Positions 45,016-55,240 are shown, counted from the stretch's first letter. The stretch is 64,000 nt of DNA from Spirochaetia bacterium (GCA_965203055.1 OZ241863.1:1760001-1824000); one strand, 5' to 3'. Numbers and translations: made by a program. Notes: generated from the sequence alone by a model not told the origin.

Positions 45016-47310
45016 ATGTCCAATCTGTGTAAATCCTTCCTCCGCGCGGCCAAGTTAGTAGTACTCACGGCTGCAGCCGGTGGCGCGATCCTCCTGATGG
45101 CTTGTGAGCCGGCGGTCCCGAAGCCACAGGCCGACACTCCTACAACGCCCACTACCATCCCGGATCACGGCCTCGGCCTTGAACGCATGGATGTCCGCGC
45201 CTACCAGAGTACCCACATCCTCCGAGCCGATCCTGTCTCCCTGCCGTCCTCCGTGGACATCAGCGTCGATCTGCCACCCCCGGGCGACCAGAAACAGCAG
45301 CCTAGTTGCGTTGGCTGGGCGGTCGCCTATGCCCTGAAAAGCTTCCAGGAACGAACCGAACGGGGTTGGCCACTCACCAACAATCGGCACATCATGAGCC
45401 CCGCGTACGTCTACAACCAAGTCAAGCTTCCCGGTGGCGGAGCATTCTTCGTCGATGCGTTCAGCTTGGTCCTCAACGAAGGAGTCTCGTCCTGGGCGAC
45501 GATGCCCTATAACCCGCGCGACGACCGCACCCAGCCTAGCGCCGCCGCCAGATCCGAGGCGGCCAATTACAAGATCGCTGACTGGGGTTCCGTGCTGCGT
45601 ACCACCCACGCTCAGTTCGTACGGGAGGTCAAACGCCATCTAGTGGCTCAGCAGCCGGTGGTGATCGGGATCCCCGTCAAGCCCGACTTCTATTCACTCG
45701 GAGAGAATGGCAACGATATCTACGATGACACCAGCGGCCAAACCTTCGGCGGACATGCGATCGTGATCGTCGGCTACGACGATGCGCGGTCGGCGTTCAA
45801 GATAATCAACTCGTGGGGCACCGGCTGGGGGTTCGGCGGCTACGGATGGATCGACTACGACGCCAGCGACGAGCTGATATGGGAGGCCTACGTAACCAAG
45901 GACGTACGCGCTGACGTCACCCCCGCGACGCCAGTGGCAGCCTCCAACCCGAACCCTGACAATGCAGCGACTGCGGTTGAGACCGACACGCAGTTGAGCT
46001 GGACGAAAAACGACCGGACCACCAGCTTCGACGTGTACATCGGAACGGAACGGAACCTGAGTGCGGCAGACTTCCAAGGCAGCGTAGCGGTACCGAGTTT
46101 CTCGACGCCGTTGGCTCCCGGAGCGACCTACTACTGGCGCGTCGACGCGCGCGGGCCGGGCGGATTGACGAACGGGCGGGTATGGTCGTTCACCACGGCA
46201 GGTGGAGACGTCGATACCGATACTACGCCAAGCGTGGCGATCATCAACCCTGACGTGAACCGGATCCTGAAGGCAGGTGTCCTCACTGACAGAGGTGTTT
46301 ACCATAGCATCGCCGTCGGAGAACTGGCGCAGCTCAGAACTGGACCAGGGAGAGACCAACTTTCTGGATGTATCGAGGAGAGAGAACATGAAAATATTTA
46401 CGAAATAAGTCCCGGATGCTACAGAGGCGTTGGACGGCAACGCGACTTCATTGGCCAGCTACTCGATACGAATGGATACGACGTGTCTTACTTCGAGGCC
46501 GGCGCGATGCCGGCTATCGACGCCGATGACTACGACGTCGTCGTGGTTCAGGATCCATTGAAGACGAACGGCCGAGCGTTCACCAAAGCGAGTATGGAGG
46601 GATCGGTTCCCGATCTGCTCGAACACGTGACGTCGTCGCGGTTCCGCTCGCGCGTTGCCGCCTATCACCAATCGGGTGGTACGCTCGTGCTCGTGGGAGA
46701 CGCGGTGCGCTTGTTGGAGAGCGGGACGAGTCGACTTGGAGCCAACAAGACCATTCGCCAAGTCTCGGTGGACAACACGGTGAGCGAATCAAACTCATTG
46801 CTGGCGACGCAATGGCTGTTTGTCAGGGGCAATCCGTTTTGCGGCGTTGACCGGTCGGGATCGGCCGAGTATACCGCCTCGAGTACCACACTGTTGGATT
46901 CTACGGGAGCCACGCTTGGGAGACTCCGTTTGTTCAACGGCAACGACATCCCTGTTCAGAACTTGTGGTCAGACACGATCTACGCTCCCACCGACGGAAC
47001 GTCCCTTCTCGATGTACGAGTGGCGGGAACGGGGAACTACGTGCTGCGCGGTAACGTCTGCAGTCCGCCGGTGCACACGGTCACGGTAGATGAGACGGTA
47101 ACGAGCTTCATGGGATACACGCTCTGGAATAGTCGAAAGGTGTTCTATATCGGCAGCGACTCGTTCTTCGACTATCGTTTCAGAAACCATGAAGGCGCTT
47201 GGCACGCGGGACAGTACATCGAGATCAACTTCCGAGTAACCGAAGACGGCCGTCGGGCGGTATTGGAACTTGTCAAGAAAGCAGCGGCGGAATCAGGAAA
47301 TGACCTGTAA
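45016..47310 (+). CDS. Lipoprotein with papain-like (C1) cysteine peptidase domain, FN3-like module and unassigned C-terminal domain
   Basis: Lipobox LLMAC; catalytic motifs DQ....SCVGWA, GGHAIVIVGYDD, IINSWGTGWG; TYYWRVDA..VWSFTT. Confidence 0.9.
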   Translation: MSNLCKSFLRAAKLVVLTAAAGGAILLMACEPAVPKPQADTPTTPTTIPDHGLGLERMDVRAYQSTHILRADPVSLPSSVDISVDLPPPGDQKQQPSCVGWAVAYALKSFQERTERGWPLTNNRHIMSPAYVYNQVKLPGGGAFFVDAFSLVLNEGVSSWATMPYNPRDDRTQPSAAARSEAANYKIADWGSVLRTTHAQFVREVKRHLVAQQPVVIGIPVKPDFYSLGENGNDIYDDTSGQTFGGHAIVIVGYDDARSAFKIINSWGTGWGFGGYGWIDYDASDELIWEAYVTKDVRADVTPATPVAASNPNPDNAATAVETDTQLSWTKNDRTTSFDVYIGTERNLSAADFQGSVAVPSFSTPLAPGATYYWRVDARGPGGLTNGRVWSFTTAGGDVDTDTTPSVAIINPDVNRILKAGVLTDRGVYHSIAVGELAQLRTGPGRDQLSGCIEEREHENIYEISPGCYRGVGRQRDFIGQLLDTNGYDVSYFEAGAMPAIDADDYDVVVVQDPLKTNGRAFTKASMEGSVPDLLEHVTSSRFRSRVAAYHQSGGTLVLVGDAVRLLESGTSRLGANKTIRQVSVDNTVSESNSLLATQWLFVRGNPFCGVDRSGSAEYTASSTTLLDSTGATLGRLRLFNGNDIPVQNLWSDTIYAPTDGTSLLDVRVAGTGNYVLRGNVCSPPVHTVTVDETVTSFMGYTLWNSRKVFYIGSDSFFDYRFRNHEGAWHAGQYIEINFRVTEDGRRAVLELVKKAAAESGNDL

Positions 47311-47312
47311 CA

Positions 47313-48560
47313 ATGCGGGTTTGGGATGCGTCCGTAGTTCGGCCAAGCTCTCGAGGAGCGGCGACCTCGCGCCTCTTGGCCGTTCTGCTACCGTTCCTTC
47401 TGCTGTGGCTGGCAGGTTGCTACATTACGACGCGGCCGACAAGCGTACCGCGGCCGACGAGCGAGCCTCCGGGAACAAGCGAGCCGCCAACGACAAGCGG
47501 GCCGCCGGGGACAAGCGAGCCGCCGACGAGCGAACCTCCGGGGACTACCTGGTCCGAAGCTGACAGCGGCACACGGGGCAGGCTCTCGAGTGTGGCATGG
47601 AGCGGCTCGCGCTTCGTTTCCGTCGGCAACGGCGTGCTCATGCATAGCGCCGACGGGGCTACCTGGGCCGCCACTTCCGGAGCTTCCGAGCGCGTTGTTG
47701 GTGCCGCTCTTAACGGAGTAACTTGGGGTGCCACGCGCTTCGTCGCCGTCGGCGGTACATCTTCAGGTTCTTCGGTGATCGCGTACAGCACCGACGGGGT
47801 CACCTGGACCACCACGTCCGGCGCCTTCGACAATGCCTTTCTTACCGGAGTGACGTGGAACGGCACCCGCTTCGTGGCCGTCGGCGGCCGATCGTCAGGG
47901 TCCTCGGCGTCGAACCTCACTGCCAGCGGGATGGTCTTGCACAGCGCCGACGGGGTTACCTGGACTGCCGCCTCCGGCGCCTTGGATGGTGCTTTTCTCA
48001 ACGCAGTGACGTGGAACGGCACCCGCTTCGTCGCCGTCGGCGGCACTTGGTCGTGGTCCCCGTCGGAGTCCACCTTTGATGTGGCGCCGGTGGTCGTGCA
48101 CAGCACGGACGGAGTTACCTGGACTGACGCTTCCGGCACCGGCACTTTGGACGATTCCTCCTATCTCAGAGGAGTGACGTGGGGTGGCGGGCGTTTCGTC
48201 GCCGTCGGCCAGTCCGATGCCTCCGGTCGTGCCACGATCGTGCACAGCGCGGACGGAGTTACCTGGACTGACGCTTCCGGCGCCGACGCTTTGGACGATG
48301 CCTCCTATCTCAGAGGAGTAACGTGGGGTAACGGTGTCTTCGTCGCCGTCGGTACGGGGAGCGATATCGTCGACACCAACACTGGCGAGGAATCCCCCCG
48401 GGGCGCCATGATCATGCGCAGCACGGACGGGGATACTTGGTCCGCCGTTTCCCGTGCCGGTGCTCTAGCTGGTTCTCTCAGAGGAGTCACGTGGGGCGGT
48501 ACGCGCTTCGTCGCCGTCGGCGAAGGCGCCGACGGCTGGACGATCTTGACGAGTCCGTAG
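47313..48560 (+). CDS. Lipoprotein with Pro/Thr linker and repeated beta-propeller-like blades
   Basis: Lipobox LAGC; TSEPP repeats; seven L.[SGA]V.W....FV[AS]VG units, mostly followed by S.DG.TW. Confidence 0.85.
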   Translation: MRVWDASVVRPSSRGAATSRLLAVLLPFLLLWLAGCYITTRPTSVPRPTSEPPGTSEPPTTSGPPGTSEPPTSEPPGTTWSEADSGTRGRLSSVAWSGSRFVSVGNGVLMHSADGATWAATSGASERVVGAALNGVTWGATRFVAVGGTSSGSSVIAYSTDGVTWTTTSGAFDNAFLTGVTWNGTRFVAVGGRSSGSSASNLTASGMVLHSADGVTWTAASGALDGAFLNAVTWNGTRFVAVGGTWSWSPSESTFDVAPVVVHSTDGVTWTDASGTGTLDDSSYLRGVTWGGGRFVAVGQSDASGRATIVHSADGVTWTDASGADALDDASYLRGVTWGNGVFVAVGTGSDIVDTNTGEESPRGAMIMRSTDGDTWSAVSRAGALAGSLRGVTWGGTRFVAVGEGADGWTILTSP

Positions 48561-48599
48561 GACGTGCTGACGGCGCCACCTTTGAGGTGAGGTGTGAAT

Positions 48600-49592
48600 A
48601 TGACTACAGATGATGACGGTACAGGCAGCGCCCTGCGCCGAGCAATGGCCGCCGCCCTACTCGGTTGCGTGGCCATACTAGTCGGTTGTCAAGGCGCTCC
48701 CGGAACCCAGCCTCCGACGCCTCAATCGCCGACTACTCCTTCGAGACCGACAGAGTACACCGGTTCCTATGGCGCAACTGTAGGCAGGACGGCAATCAAT
48801 CTTGAGGTCACGGCGGACGCAATAACGGCGGTCGCATTCACGGAGCCGAGCACGACTCAGCGCATCGCCACTTCTCCAAAGGCAGCGTCGGCGTTATCCG
48901 CGAACGCCGCGGCGGCGACTCCCGAGGTCGAAGTGTGGGTGATACTTACGGGCGACCTCACCGTCTCCGGCAGCAACGTAACGGTTACCATAACTGGGGT
49001 TGAGCGGGATGGACAGGAGTTGGAAGACGCAGAGCTTTCAGCGTACACGAGTTGCGCCATTATCGCGACAACCGGCGATACGTTTGATGACGAGATGATG
49101 GCTGGAGTCGTGAAGTGCATCGGCAGTACAGGACCGGTCATGTCGCATCGGCAAGAGCGGCCTTCGCTATTCGGAACATGGGGAAGCCAGGGCTACGGTT
49201 TCGAGATCAGTTCAACTCGGCTTAGACATTTCGGTTACTATGAACCAGCAGCTTGCCCCTCGCCCGCCCCACCTCCCGAACCGCCGCCACCGCCAGCCCC
49301 GGTATCCCCTTCGGGGAGCGAACACGGACTACCGGAGAGTTGCGGCGGCGTAACGAGTTTTGTCGAGTATATCTTTGATATCGAAGAAATCGGCGATACG
49401 ACATTAGACGTCGTGTTGCAAGACCTTCGGCGTACCCCCGATCCGGACGGCCTAGCCTCCCCAGAGGTGGTCGCTCGCGCCCGCGGGTATCGGATGACTC
49501 TTTACTACGTGTTTTCGTCAGACGGCAGACTTTCCTTGGGGGGCAGCTTGGTAGATCCACGCTTATGGTTGAGCAAGCAACCGGAACAATAA
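48600..49592 (+). CDS. Hypothetical lipoprotein
   Basis: GAGGTG upstream; leader [30 protein letters not shown]; Pro-rich linkers. Confidence 0.78.
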   Translation: MTTDDDGTGSALRRAMAAALLGCVAILVGCQGAPGTQPPTPQSPTTPSRPTEYTGSYGATVGRTAINLEVTADAITAVAFTEPSTTQRIATSPKAASALSANAAAATPEVEVWVILTGDLTVSGSNVTVTITGVERDGQELEDAELSAYTSCAIIATTGDTFDDEMMAGVVKCIGSTGPVMSHRQERPSLFGTWGSQGYGFEISSTRLRHFGYYEPAACPSPAPPPEPPPPPAPVSPSGSEHGLPESCGGVTSFVEYIFDIEEIGDTTLDVVLQDLRRTPDPDGLASPEVVARARGYRMTLYYVFSSDGRLSLGGSLVDPRLWLSKQPEQ

Positions 49593-49621
49593 CACGAGAA
49601 TCGAATCGATAGCGTCCACCC

Positions 49622-49721
49622 GGGACGGCCTGCTACCCAGGCGTGCAACTCGCCGCTCGCTGAACTGGCGCGCGAGGTGCGCGTGCGGCGGCCTGCCGGG
49701 TGACGATGATCACGCCGGAGG
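49622..49721. repeat. Degenerate ~100-bp copy of an internal rluD segment (54683-54795)
   Basis: Shared CGCCGCTCGCTGAACTGGCGCGCGAGGTGCGCGTGCG and ACGATGATCACGCCGGAGG, same orientation, small deletions. Confidence 0.88.
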
Positions 49722-49763
49722 GCGACGCAGAGGGAGAAGATGATGATTGAGGTGAAGGTGAAT

Positions 49764-51466
49764 ATGACGACAGATGATGACGGTACAGGCAACGCGCGCG
49801 CCCTGCGCCGAACAATGGCCGCCGCCCTACTCGGTTGCGTGGCCATCACCGTGCTATTGGCCTGCCCAAACCCGGGAGCCGAGCCGAGCGCATCGGCGCC
49901 GACCACTCCGACCGAACCAGCAACACCGACCGAACCAGCAACACCGACCCCGACAGAGACTGCAACGCCGGCGCCGCCAATACCAGGAGGTGGCGGGGGA
50001 GGCGGTGGTGGCGGCGGTGGCAGCCGCGACGCAACCGCCACTGCCACCATCAGCGCCGGCACCCGTGCAACCGCTACCGCCACCATCGGCGCCGGCGGCG
50101 GCGGTTCCGGTGCCGCCGCTACTGCCAGCATCACGAAGCAGGTGAGACGCGTGACGGTCACGGCCGGCGGCGGCAGCGGATACACCTCGGCGCCGTCCGT
50201 GTCGTTCACCGGCGGCGGCGGTAGCGGGGCCGCCGCTACTGCCTTTATCGGAACGATGATAGTGACAGAAGTGACGGTCACGAACGGCGGCAGCGGATAC
50301 CCGGGGCCGCTAGAGTTTGATGTGTTTCTCCGCGGCGGCGGCGGTTCCGGTGCCACCGCTACTGCCACCACCAACGCAAGCGGCGTGGTGACAAGCGTGA
50401 CGGTCACGAGCGGCGGCAGCGGATACACTTCGGCGCCGCGTGTGGTGTCCCCGACGGTAGCGGTAGCGGGGCCGCCGCTACTGCCAGCATCGGCGGTCCG
50501 GTGACAGCCGTGACGGTCACAAACGGCGGCAGCGGATACACTTCGGCGCCGACCGTGTCGTTCACCGGCGGCGGCGGTTCCGGTGCTACCGCTACTGCCA
50601 GCATCAGCGGCACGGTGACAGCCGTGACGGTCACAGCCGGCGGCAGCGGATACACTTCGGCGCCGCTTGTGCAGATCGGTCCAAACGCCGACGGTCATGT
50701 TAGCGCCGGCGGGTATGCCACCGTATCGAGCGGCGCGGTGACAAGCGTGACGCTCGTGAACGGCGGCAGCGGATACACTTCGGCGCCGACCGTGTCGTTT
50801 CGGGCGGTACCGGCGGGGAATGTGGTGACAGCCGTGACGGTCACGAACGGCGGCAGCGGATACACGACGACGCCGCTCGTGCGCATTGACAGCGGCGGCA
50901 CCATCGCCGCCGCTACTGCCACCGTATCGGGCGGCGCGGTGACAGGCGTGACGGTCACGAACGGCGGCAGCGGATACACTTCGGCGCCGGACGTGGGGTT
51001 CAGCGGCGGCGGTAGGGGGGCCGCCGCTACTGCCACCGTATCGGGTGGCGCGGTGACTGGCGTGACGGTCACGAACGGCGGCACAGGATACACGTCGGCG
51101 CCGTTCGTGGCGTTCAGCGGCGGCGGTGTTGGCTCGGCCGCCGCCGCTACTGCCACCGTATCAAGCGGCACGGTGACAGGTGTGACGGTCCTTCTAAGCC
51201 TTAGCGGCTTAACTTCGGCGCCGACGGTGACATTTGAAGCGCCGGGCAAGGTGACAGGCGTGACGATCACGAACGGCGGCCGCGGCTACACGTCGGCGCC
51301 GGACGTGGCGTTCGGCGCCGGCACCGGAGTCGTCGACTACTTTCTTGACGGTGGCGGCGCCAGCGCTACTGCTACGGTATCGGGGGGCGCGGTGACAAGC
51401 GTGACGGTCACAGACGGCGGCCGCGGCTACCCGTCAGCGCCGTCCGTGCGATTTATTAGGAACTAG
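49764..51466 (+). CDS. Gly/Thr/Val-rich repeat lipoprotein, paralog A, split by an apparent 1-nt deletion near 50448
   Basis: Lipobox LLAC-PNP; repeats [34 protein letters not shown]. ORFs 49740..50504 and 50501..51466 join as [19 protein letters not shown] if one base is added. Confidence 0.82.
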
Positions 51467-51669
51467 CGGGTGGCGAGCCGGTCGCCCCGTAGCAGCGCGA
51501 CTTCCACCGTCCGCCCGAAGCGGACCATTCGCGGCGGCCCCCGCTGGAAACACCGGCCCCGGATCGACCGCCGCGCCGCCGACTCACCGCGCCCGGACGC
51601 CGGCGCCGACCCGCCCCGGGGCGCACTTTCTCAAAAACGCAGGCAGCGTCAGTCGGACCTGCGGCGTAG
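51458..51669. repeat. ~210-bp direct repeat, copy 1 (copy 2 at ~54110-54313)
   Basis: Runs from the lipoprotein stop (AGGAACTAG) through the spacer to TCAGTCGGACCTGCGGCGTAG. Confidence 0.9.
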
Positions 51670-52542
51670 TAAGGCTTCGAGTTCGGCCAGACGCGCTTCG
51701 GCCGCTTGGCGGGCAGCCGTTTCCTGTTGGACGCGGGTTTCCGCGGCTTGGCGGGCAACCGACTCCTGGCGGCGTGCGGCCGCTTCCTGTTGGACGCGGG
51801 TTTCTGCGACCTGGCGGGCGGCCGCCTCCTGTTGGACGCGGGTTTCCGCGGCTTGGCGGGCGGCCGCTTCCCGCTCCACGCGAGCCTCCGCCTCCCGGCG
51901 TTGTTCTTCGGCCTCCTGCCGTCCGTCTTCGGCTTCCGCCAAGTCCCGCAGGTCCTCTCCCGCCTGCGGATCGTGGAACCGCAGCCGCCGGCCGGCCACC
52001 CGCAACTCCAGTCCCAGTACCTCGCTCCGCGCCGCCAACGTCCCGTCCGCCAACCTCCACCCCGACAGCGGCTGGTACTCTCCCCTCACCAACTCCAACC
52101 CCTGCAGCGGCGGCCGCAGGTAGTTCCGCGTCGGGTCGTACTGCCAGTATTCCCCCACTCCCAGCCGGCGATACAACTCCCGCTTCCGGTCCTGATCGTC
52201 CCGCCACGTCGCCGGCGACGTGATCTCCAGCACGAAGTCGGGCGCCTTCTCCTCCTCCCACAGCCGGTACGACGCGCGTTCTTCTTTGCGATTGCGCGCC
52301 CCGAACACCACGAACACGTCCGGCGCCACCCTTGCCAGCGTCCCTTCCTCGTAGTAGATCAGCAGGTTGCCGGAGGCGAACGCCTCCGGGCGGTTGCGGA
52401 AGTAGTGCCGGAGGCAGCTCACGGCGTACGTGAGGGGTATCAGTTGGGACTCGCTTTCCGCCATCGGCTTGCCGTCCGAGCTGGGGTAGTCTATCGCTGC
52501 CGCCCGCGCCGGCGCCGGCGGTGCGCTGATTGAACTTGCCAT
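51649..52542 (-). CDS. Uma2/DUF820 family PD-(D/E)XK putative endonuclease with coiled-coil repeat tail
   Basis: YPSSDGKPMAES, APDVFVV, PDFVLEITSP.T...D...K..LY..LGV.EYWQYDP; 14-aa EAAARQAAETRVQQ repeats. Confidence 0.92.
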   Translation of the reverse strand: MASSISAPPAPARAAAIDYPSSDGKPMAESESQLIPLTYAVSCLRHYFRNRPEAFASGNLLIYYEEGTLARVAPDVFVVFGARNRKEERASYRLWEEEKAPDFVLEITSPATWRDDQDRKRELYRRLGVGEYWQYDPTRNYLRPPLQGLELVRGEYQPLSGWRLADGTLAARSEVLGLELRVAGRRLRFHDPQAGEDLRDLAEAEDGRQEAEEQRREAEARVEREAAARQAAETRVQQEAAARQVAETRVQQEAAARRQESVARQAAETRVQQETAARQAAEARLAELEALLRRRSD

Positions 52543-52652
52543 TTGACCACGCCTCCAGACGCCGGCCAGCTTAGCACGCCGCGCGCGGGGGCGACAGCCC
52601 TTCCAGGTGCGGTGCTGGGGGCTCTGGGGGCTTTCTGGGGGCTGGCGGGGCC

Positions 52653-52681
52653 TTGACAAGTGTAGGACACAGGTGTATTCG
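52653..52681 (+). promoter_or_regulatory. Candidate promoter of paralog B, leaderless geometry
   Basis: TTGACA (52653-52658), 17 nt, TATTCG, 6 nt, ATG at 52688; -10 imperfect. Confidence 0.5.
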
Positions 52682-52687
52682 GGAACG

Positions 52688-54118
52688 ATGACTAATACAA
52701 CAGATACCGACAAAGCGCGCGCCGCGCGCCGAACAATCGTCGCCGCCCTCGGTTGCGTGGCCGTCAGCGTGCTGTTGGCCTGCCCAAACCCGGCAACCAA
52801 GCCTGACGCATCGCCTACTGCTGCACCCACGAAGCCGACAGGACCGACGGCCCCGACAGAACCAGCAACCCCGACAGAACCGACAGAACCAGCAACGCCG
52901 CCCCCGACCACCGGAGGCGGGGGCGACAGCGGCACCCGCGACGCAACCGCTACTGCCACCATCAGCGCCGGTACCCGCGCAACCGGTACCGTCACCATCG
53001 GCGCCGGCGGCGGCGGTTCCGGGGCCGCCGCTACTGCCACCATCGGAAGGATGATAGTGACAGGCGTGATGGTCACGAACGGCGGCAGCGGCTACACCTC
53101 GGCGCCATCCGTGGCGTTCAACGGCGGCGGCGGTTCCGGGGCCGCCGCTATTGCCTTTATCGGCGCCGAGGTGACAGGCGTGACGGTCGGGGTCGGCGGC
53201 AGCGGCTACACCTCGGCGCCGGCGGTGGGGTTCGTCGGCGGCGGCGGTTCCGGGGCCGTCGCTACCGCCACCGTATCGGGCGGCGCGGTAACGGGCGTCA
53301 TGGTCACGGACGGCGGCAGCGGCTACACCTCGGCGCCGTTCGTGGCGATTTCCTCGCCGCCGCCGGGCGGTGACGATGCCAGCGCTACTGCCAGCATCGG
53401 CACGGTCCAAGTGAATAGAGTAGGAATCCTGTCTCCCGGCGCGGGCTACACGTCGGCGCCGACCGTGGCGTTCAGCGGCGGCGGCGGTTCCGGGGCCGCC
53501 GCTACTGCCATCGTCGCCGGCGCGGTGACTGGCGTGCCGATCACGAACGGCGGCAGCGGCTACACGTCAGCGCCAACCGTGGCGTTCAGCGGCGGCGGCG
53601 GCGACGGTGCCAGCGGGTATGCCACCGTATCGGGCGGCGCGGTGACGCGCGTGACGCTCTTTGGCGGCGGCCGCGGCTACACGTCGGCACCGGACGTGAC
53701 GTTTACGGCGCAGTCGGGCAGCGTGGTGACAGGCGTGACGGTCACGAACGGCGGCAGCGGCTACACCTCGGCGCCGCGCGTGCAGTTCAGCGGCGGCGGC
53801 GTTGATAGTCCTGCCGCACTAGCTACTGCCACCATATCGGGCGGCACGGTGACTGGCGTGACGATCTTGATCAGCAAAGGCGGCTTAACGTCGGCGCCGT
53901 CCGTGACGTTTGACGCGCCGGGCAGGGTGACTGGCGTGACGGTCACGAACGGCGGCAGCGGCTACACCTCGGCGCCAACCGTGTCGTTCAGCGGCGGCGA
54001 CGGCGCCGGTGCCACCGCTACTGCCACCGTATCGGGCGGCGCGGTGACTGGCGTGACGGTCACGGAGGGCGGCCGCGGCTACGCGTCAGCGCCGTCCGTG
54101 GAGTTTGTGAGGAACTAG
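52688..54118 (+). CDS. Gly/Thr/Val-rich repeat lipoprotein, paralog B (intact)
   Basis: Lipobox LLAC-PNP, PTEP linker, same repeat unit and C-terminus (SAPSVxFxRN) as paralog A. Confidence 0.85.
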   Translation: MTNTTDTDKARAARRTIVAALGCVAVSVLLACPNPATKPDASPTAAPTKPTGPTAPTEPATPTEPTEPATPPPTTGGGGDSGTRDATATATISAGTRATGTVTIGAGGGGSGAAATATIGRMIVTGVMVTNGGSGYTSAPSVAFNGGGGSGAAAIAFIGAEVTGVTVGVGGSGYTSAPAVGFVGGGGSGAVATATVSGGAVTGVMVTDGGSGYTSAPFVAISSPPPGGDDASATASIGTVQVNRVGILSPGAGYTSAPTVAFSGGGGSGAAATAIVAGAVTGVPITNGGSGYTSAPTVAFSGGGGDGASGYATVSGGAVTRVTLFGGGRGYTSAPDVTFTAQSGSVVTGVTVTNGGSGYTSAPRVQFSGGGVDSPAALATATISGGTVTGVTILISKGGLTSAPSVTFDAPGRVTGVTVTNGGSGYTSAPTVSFSGGDGAGATATATVSGGAVTGVTVTEGGRGYASAPSVEFVRN

Positions 54119-54313
54119 GCGGTAGCGAGCCGCGGCCCCGGAGCAACGAGACTTCCACCGTCCGCCCGAAGCGGACCATTCGCGGCGCCCCCGCTGGAAC
54201 ACCGGCCCCGGATCGACCGCCGCGCCGCCGTCACCGCGCCCGGACGCCGGCGCCGCCCGGCTCCGGGCGCACTTCCAAAAACGCAGGTAGCGTCAGTCGG
54301 ACCTGCGGCGTAG
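54110..54313. repeat. ~200-bp direct repeat, copy 2
   Basis: Homologous to 51458-51669; includes the last codons of rluD. Confidence 0.9.
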
Positions 54314-55240
54314 CGGGATCGCCTCGGGCGGCGCGAAGCCGGGAGGCAGCGGCGCGGTGAAGACGCGCGGCTGAGCTTCTTCCGGGAGCAGGATCGTCAG
54401 CCGGCGCGCGTGCAGCAGCAGCCGCGGCGCGCTGCCGCGGGCGCGGCCGGCATAGAGCGGATCGCCCAGGATAGGATGGCCGAGCCAGCGCAGGTGGACG
54501 CGCAGTTGATGGGTGCGCCCGGTCACCGGCCGCAGCGCCACCAGGGAGGCGCCGGCGCGCGTCTCCCGCACCTGGTAGCGGGTGACCGCGGCCTTGCCCT
54601 GATCGTCGCGGCTCACCCGCACCCGCAGCGGGTTGCGCGGGTCGCGCCGCAGCCCGGTGGTGATCCGGCCGGCCGCGGGGATGGGACGGCCGGCAACCCA
54701 GGCGTAGTAGAGCTTGGCAACCCGCCGCTCGCTGAACTGGCGCGCGAGGTGCGCGTGCGCCGCGGCCTGCCGGGCCACGATGATCACGCCGGAGGTGTCC
54801 TTGTCCAGGCGGTGGACGATGCCGGGACGCGGCGAGCCGGGGAACCGGTCGGCCAGGTCCGGGTACCGGTGGAGCAGCCCGTTGACCAGCGTGCCGCTAC
54901 GGTTGCCGCTTCCCGGATGGACTACCAGGCCGCTGGGCTTGTTCAGTACCGCGACGGCATCATCTTCGTACAGCACCTCCAGGGGCAGCGGTTCCGGCAG
55001 CATGCCGGCGGCCGGCGGCGGCGTCAGGGTCACCTCCACCCGGTCGCCCGCGGCCAAGCGAGCGCTCGGTTTGGCGGCGCGCCCGTTTATCGTCATGCGC
55101 GCCAGGCGCTGGTGAAGCTGAGTGCGCGACGGCAGCCCGGCCCGGTCGGCGAGGTAGCGGTCGGCGCGCTGCCCGACGCCGTCCGCGGCCACCTCCAGGC
55201 AAACGGCGGCGCCGGCGGTTCCCGGCTCGGCGTCAGCCAT
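54293..55240 (-). CDS. rluD: RluA/RluD family pseudouridine synthase with S4 domain
   Basis: [42 protein letters not shown]. Confidence 0.93.
   Translation of the reverse strand: MADAEPGTAGAAVCLEVAADGVGQRADRYLADRAGLPSRTQLHQRLARMTINGRAAKPSARLAAGDRVEVTLTPPPAAGMLPEPLPLEVLYEDDAVAVLNKPSGLVVHPGSGNRSGTLVNGLLHRYPDLADRFPGSPRPGIVHRLDKDTSGVIIVARQAAAHAHLARQFSERRVAKLYYAWVAGRPIPAAGRITTGLRRDPRNPLRVRVSRDDQGKAAVTRYQVRETRAGASLVALRPVTGRTHQLRVHLRWLGHPILGDPLYAGRARGSAPRLLLHARRLTILLPEEAQPRVFTAPLPPGFAPPEAIPLRRRSD

Noticed and set aside
51700..51940. 42-bp repeats in the Uma2 gene as a DNA-level array
   Set aside because: They encode the coiled-coil tail common in Uma2/DUF820 proteins.
49764..54118. Diversity-generating retroelement template/variable pair
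   Set aside because: No reverse transcriptase in the window, and paralog differences are not confined to adenines.
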